Sequence record: SRR31156797_10354
DNA length: 20,000 nucleotides
Strand: one strand, 5' to 3'
Shown here piece by piece: positions 16,760 to 20,000 of this stretch (position 1 is its first letter; every line of letters starts with the position of its first letter). The notes under the pieces are model-generated. The model saw only the letters and a list, made by a program, of their open reading frames with translations, had not been told where the DNA came from and did not search any database. The position numbers were made by a program, and so were the translations under genes.

Positions 16760-17659
16760 CTATTCTTCACCGATGATTCGGACTTCTGTTTCTAAGGTGA
16801 CATCAAAAGTTTCTTTGATGACTTGTTGGATATGGGCAATCAGTTCAACGTAATCCGTGGCTGTTGCTTGATCGACATTCACGATAAAGCCCGCATGTTT
16901 TTCTGAAATTTGGGCACCGCCCCATTTCAGTCCTTGTAAGCCTGCATCTTGGATCAGCTTGCCGGTAAAATGACCGACTGGACGTTTGAAGACACTCCCA
17001 CAAGAGGGGTATTCTAGCGGTTGCTTCAATTGCCGCAATTCTGTCAGTTCATCCATTCGCTTTTTGATTTGTTCTTGATCACCTTTTGTTAGATCAAAGC
17101 GACTGCTCAAAATGATCATCTTTTGCTCTTGCAACTTGCTATGACGATAAGCAAATTCCATTTCTTCCTTGGTATATGTCACGATTTGACCATCAGCCAG
17201 CAAAACGTCGCAGGACTCAAAGACATCTTGGATCTCGCCATCATAGGCGCCTGCATTCATAAAGACGGCACCGCCGACACTGCCGGGAATCCCGCAGGCA
17301 AATTCAAAACCAGTCAAGGATTCATGCAAAGCGACATAGGTGGTATCGATCAACTTTGCTCCAGCATCGACGATCAAAGAAGTGCCGTCTACCACGATTT
17401 GGTTCATTTCCGACAGCATGATCACCACGCCACGAATACCACCATCACGGACGATCAAGTTGCTGGCGTTTCCTAAGACGATCCAAGGAATCGCTTGTTC
17501 TCGGCAATAATCAAGCAGCTGTTTAGCCTCTTCTGCTGTTTTGGGAAAAGCCAAAATGTCTGCCGGTCCACCAGTTTTTGTATACGTATAGTTCAATAAG
17601 GGTTCATCTTTTAATAAGGCAATTTCAGGGAATTGCGCAATCATCAAGTCTTTATTCAC
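16760..17659 (-). CDS. murB: UDP-N-acetylenolpyruvoylglucosamine reductase, 299 aa
   Basis: TYTKTGGPAD, LGNASNL, GIPGSVGGAVFMNAGAY, QPLEYPSCGSVFKRP, SEKHAGF; GTG 17659 follows SD GAAAGGA. Confidence 0.97.
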   Translation of the reverse strand: MNKDLMIAQFPEIALLKDEPLLNYTYTKTGGPADILAFPKTAEEAKQLLDYCREQAIPWIVLGNASNLIVRDGGIRGVVIMLSEMNQIVVDGTSLIVDAGAKLIDTTYVALHESLTGFEFACGIPGSVGGAVFMNAGAYDGEIQDVFESCDVLLADGQIVTYTKEEMEFAYRHSKLQEQKMIILSSRFDLTKGDQEQIKKRMDELTELRQLKQPLEYPSCGSVFKRPVGHFTGKLIQDAGLQGLKWGGAQISEKHAGFIVNVDQATATDYVELIAHIQQVIKETFDVTLETEVRIIGEE

Positions 17660-17693
17660 GAGAAGGTTTCCTTTCACAATAAACATCTCACTT

Positions 17694-17722
17694 ATTTTAG
17701 CATGTTCAAGGAAAAGTTGCTA
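17694..17722 (-). promoter_or_regulatory. Probable murB promoter
   Basis: Minus strand TAGCAA-(17 bp)-TAAAAT with an extended TG. Confidence 0.6.
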
Positions 17723-17782
17723 CCTCTGGTGAATCAAAGAAAAGCTTAATAATCGAATGACCTGATTAATAAAGAGTAAGCT

Positions 17783-18133
17783 TCAAAAAAAGTGTTTTGT
17801 TATTTCAGATAATCGTTCTTTCATCTCCGTTGTGACTTTATCGACTACTTCTAAGTTGCTGCGATGCAAGAGGTCCACACTGCGAATATGCTGACAAAGA
17901 ATCGTCCCTTGAACTTTATTCTTTTGTGTTTCGGTAACTGTTTGAAACGCATTCGATCGAGCGAATTTTTCTTCTACATATTTTTTTGAGCTACTGATTG
18001 GCATCACTAAGACGGTATTGAAACTCTTGTTATAATAATCATTACTAACCACCACACACGGTCTTTTTTTTGCCATTTCATTTCCTTTGGTGGGATTTAA
18101 GTCAATAAAAAGAATATCTCCTTGTCTTACCAT
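17783..18133 (-). CDS. mazF: Type II TA toxin, PemK/MazF family endoribonuclease
   Basis: QGDILFIDLNPTKGNEMAKKRPCVVVSN, VMPISS, ILCQHIRSVD; 7-nt overlap with the antitoxin gene. Confidence 0.92.
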   Translation of the reverse strand: MVRQGDILFIDLNPTKGNEMAKKRPCVVVSNDYYNKSFNTVLVMPISSSKKYVEEKFARSNAFQTVTETQKNKVQGTILCQHIRSVDLLHRSNLEVVDKVTTEMKERLSEITKHFF

Positions 18134-18402
18134 TCAATATTCTCCTCACCTAAATCTTCTCCAAAAAACATCTCACCTGTATCAAATTTCCCCGTTTCTT
18201 CTACGATCGCTAATTCTTGTTTCCAAAAATCTTCAAAGGAAGGTGCTGCTTTTTCGCCTGTTACCTTGATCTCGCCTTCTGGAGTAAATTCAAAAATTAC
18301 CCGCTGATTCTCTTTTAAGCCTAACTTTTGCCGCACACTTTTTGGAATAGTTATTTGATTTTTCGAAGTCATTTTCGCTGAAACTTGCGCTTTGATCGTC
18401 AT
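18127..18402 (-). CDS. AbrB/MazE/SpoVT family antitoxin
   Basis: KMTSKNQITIPKSVRQKLGL swapped-hairpin motif, acidic tail ending GEENIEW, SD AAGGGGG. Confidence 0.9.
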   Translation of the reverse strand: MTIKAQVSAKMTSKNQITIPKSVRQKLGLKENQRVIFEFTPEGEIKVTGEKAAPSFEDFWKQELAIVEETGKFDTGEMFFGEDLGEENIEW

Positions 18403-18426
18403 GTGAACTGCCCCCTTTTCAAAACG

Positions 18427-18471
18427 ATTGTAACATAAAACGTAAGGAAAAGTAAGGATTTATTAATCCTT
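18427..18471 (-). promoter_or_regulatory. TA operon promoter with candidate autoregulatory operator
   Basis: Extended -10 TGtTACAAT; TCCTTAC direct repeat at 10-bp period; palindrome AAGGATT-N4-AATCCTT at 18454-18471. Confidence 0.65.
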
Positions 18472-18554
18472 TTTCGTACCACAAACGAATTTTCTCTAGC
18501 ATCCAAATTTAATCCTCATTCTTCCTCCTTGTTTTCCTTATTCCGCTCACTTGC

Positions 18555-18583
18555 TTTGCGCTTCTGGCTTTTTTAGGTAAAAT
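18555..18583 (+). promoter_or_regulatory. Probable exoA promoter
   Basis: TTTGCG-(17 bp)-TAAAAT. Confidence 0.55.
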
Positions 18584-18616
18584 GGGAGGCGTAGTGGAAA
18601 ATAAGGAGGAGTCTTA

Positions 18617-19369
18617 ATGAAATTTATTTCTTGGAATGTGAATGGTTTACGGGCCATCGTTAAAAAAAATTTTTCTGAAGTGTTTGAAGCCCTCGATGCT
18701 GATTTCTTTTGTTTACAAGAAACAAAGCTGCAAGAAGGTCAGATCGAATTGGATTTACCAGGCTATCATCAATACTGGAATTATGCGGAGAAGAAAGGCT
18801 ATTCTGGCACGGCGATTTTCGCAAAAGAACCTGCGCTATCCGTCCGTTATGGATTAGGGATCGAAGAACATGATACGGAAGGTCGCGTCATCACGCTGGA
18901 GTATCCTGAATTTTTCTTGATTACTTGCTACACACCGAATTCCCAAAATGAATTGCGCCGCTTGGATTATCGCATGACTTGGGAAGATGCCTTTTTGGCT
19001 TACTTGACTGAATTGAAACAACAAAAGCCAGTGATTCTCTGTGGTGATTTGAATGTTGCCCATAAAAATATCGATATCAAAAACTGGAAAACCAATCAAA
19101 AAAGTGCTGGGTTTACACCTGAAGAACGGGAAAAGTTTTCAACTCTTTTGGCTGCTGGCTTTACCGATACGTTCCGTTATTTCTATCCAGATGCAGAAGG
19201 CATTTATTCTTGGTGGAGCTACCGTTTCAACGCTCGCAAAAACAATGCCGGCTGGCGCATCGATTACTTTGTCGTTTCGGATGACTTAAATGAGCGCTTG
19301 CTAGACGCCAAGATCCATACAGATATCATCGGCAGTGACCATTGTCCGGTGGAACTGGATCTCAACTAA
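18617..19369 (+). CDS. exoA: Exodeoxyribonuclease III / AP endonuclease
   Basis: SWNVNGLRA, CLQETK, GYSGTA, CGDLNVAH, GWRIDYF, SDHCPV; SD AAGGAGG. Confidence 0.97.
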   Translation: MKFISWNVNGLRAIVKKNFSEVFEALDADFFCLQETKLQEGQIELDLPGYHQYWNYAEKKGYSGTAIFAKEPALSVRYGLGIEEHDTEGRVITLEYPEFFLITCYTPNSQNELRRLDYRMTWEDAFLAYLTELKQQKPVILCGDLNVAHKNIDIKNWKTNQKSAGFTPEEREKFSTLLAAGFTDTFRYFYPDAEGIYSWWSYRFNARKNNAGWRIDYFVVSDDLNERLLDAKIHTDIIGSDHCPVELDLN

Positions 19370-19453
19370 CCGTAGGAAAACTTCAGTTTTTCTTAACGTT
19401 TGTTCGCTTTTCATTCTTTGATTTTGTGCTAGAATGGCAATGAGGTGAGTCTG

Positions 19454-19987
19454 ATGAATTTTATCGCAATGGACTTTGAAACAGCAAATTATCAAAAGCA
19501 TAGTGCCTGTTCCCTTGCACTAGTCATGGTACAAGACAGCAAAATCGTGGGCGAATATTACACATTGATCCAACCGGAAACGGAATTTTTTTGGAAAAAC
19601 ATTCAAATTCATGGCATCCGTCCAGAAGATGTGCAAGAAGCGCCTAAGTTTCCTGACGTATGGAAACAAATCCAACAATATTATCAATTAAATAGTCTGA
19701 TCGTTGCGCATAATGCTGGTTTTGATACCGGCGTTTTGGCGGGGTGTCTTGACTATTATGGGTTGTCACAACCAAACTATCTTTCCTTGTGCACGGTACG
19801 AACAAGCCGCAAACTGTATCCAGAATTTACGAACCACAAATTAAATACGGTTTGTGAGCAATTGCAGATTCCTTTACTAAACCACCATGATGCCTTGGAA
19901 GATAGCCGGGCATGTGCCCAAATCTTATTGCGTCAAGAAGAAGAATTTGGCATCGATCCATTAAAAAAATTGGTTTTAGTCAAATAA
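19454..19987 (+). CDS. DEDDh 3'-5' exonuclease (DnaQ/Pol III epsilon-like), 177 aa
   Basis: DFETAN, AHNAGFD, HHDALEDSRAC; ATG 19454 follows SD GAGGTGA; own extended -10 TGcTAGAAT at 19427-19435. Confidence 0.92.
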   Translation: MNFIAMDFETANYQKHSACSLALVMVQDSKIVGEYYTLIQPETEFFWKNIQIHGIRPEDVQEAPKFPDVWKQIQQYYQLNSLIVAHNAGFDTGVLAGCLDYYGLSQPNYLSLCTVRTSRKLYPEFTNHKLNTVCEQLQIPLLNHHDALEDSRACAQILLRQEEEFGIDPLKKLVLVK

Positions 19988-20000
19988 ATAAGAACGTGCG

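Noticed and set aside
285-19501. Many 60-140 aa overlapping or antisense ORFs in the track (e.g. 1060-1371, 5660-5896, 6829-7104, 9377-9802, 14532-14942, 17123-17476)
   Set aside because: Shadows of well-supported genes or of regulatory DNA, with no recognisable motifs
1-20000. CRISPR arrays, tRNA/rRNA genes, IS elements, integrases
   Set aside because: No spaced repeats, structural RNA signatures or transposase/recombinase motifs seen

Overview
Low-GC Gram-positive chromosomal DNA, probably Enterococcus of the casseliflavus/gallinarum type (inferred from gene content and composition, not verified). The right two thirds are mostly core genes: potR-potABCD spermidine/putrescine uptake, a divergent yhdH/acuI-like reductase-coaB-coaC-panT operon, an acidic lipoprotein, murB, an AbrB/MazE-MazF toxin-antitoxin pair, exoA and a DnaQ-like exonuclease. 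The left third (1-7.6 kb) looks accessory. It holds a metallo-beta-lactamase-fold fragment, an RpiR regulator, an MFS transporter, a dxs-like ThDP enzyme, a 5'-truncated zeta-toxin-like gene with an unannotated 55-aa partner, and a divergent aldo/keto reductase-MerR pair. The strongest lead is the dxs-like gene. It lacks both arginines that bind the GAP phosphate in canonical DXS, and it sits behind a 19-bp-spacer promoter carrying an AdhR/NmlR-type dyad. This suggests a carbonyl/electrophile-stress carboligase rather than an isoprenoid enzyme (hypothesis). A second, different MerR operator precedes the aldo/keto reductase. All family calls come from motif recognition by eye; no searches were run.
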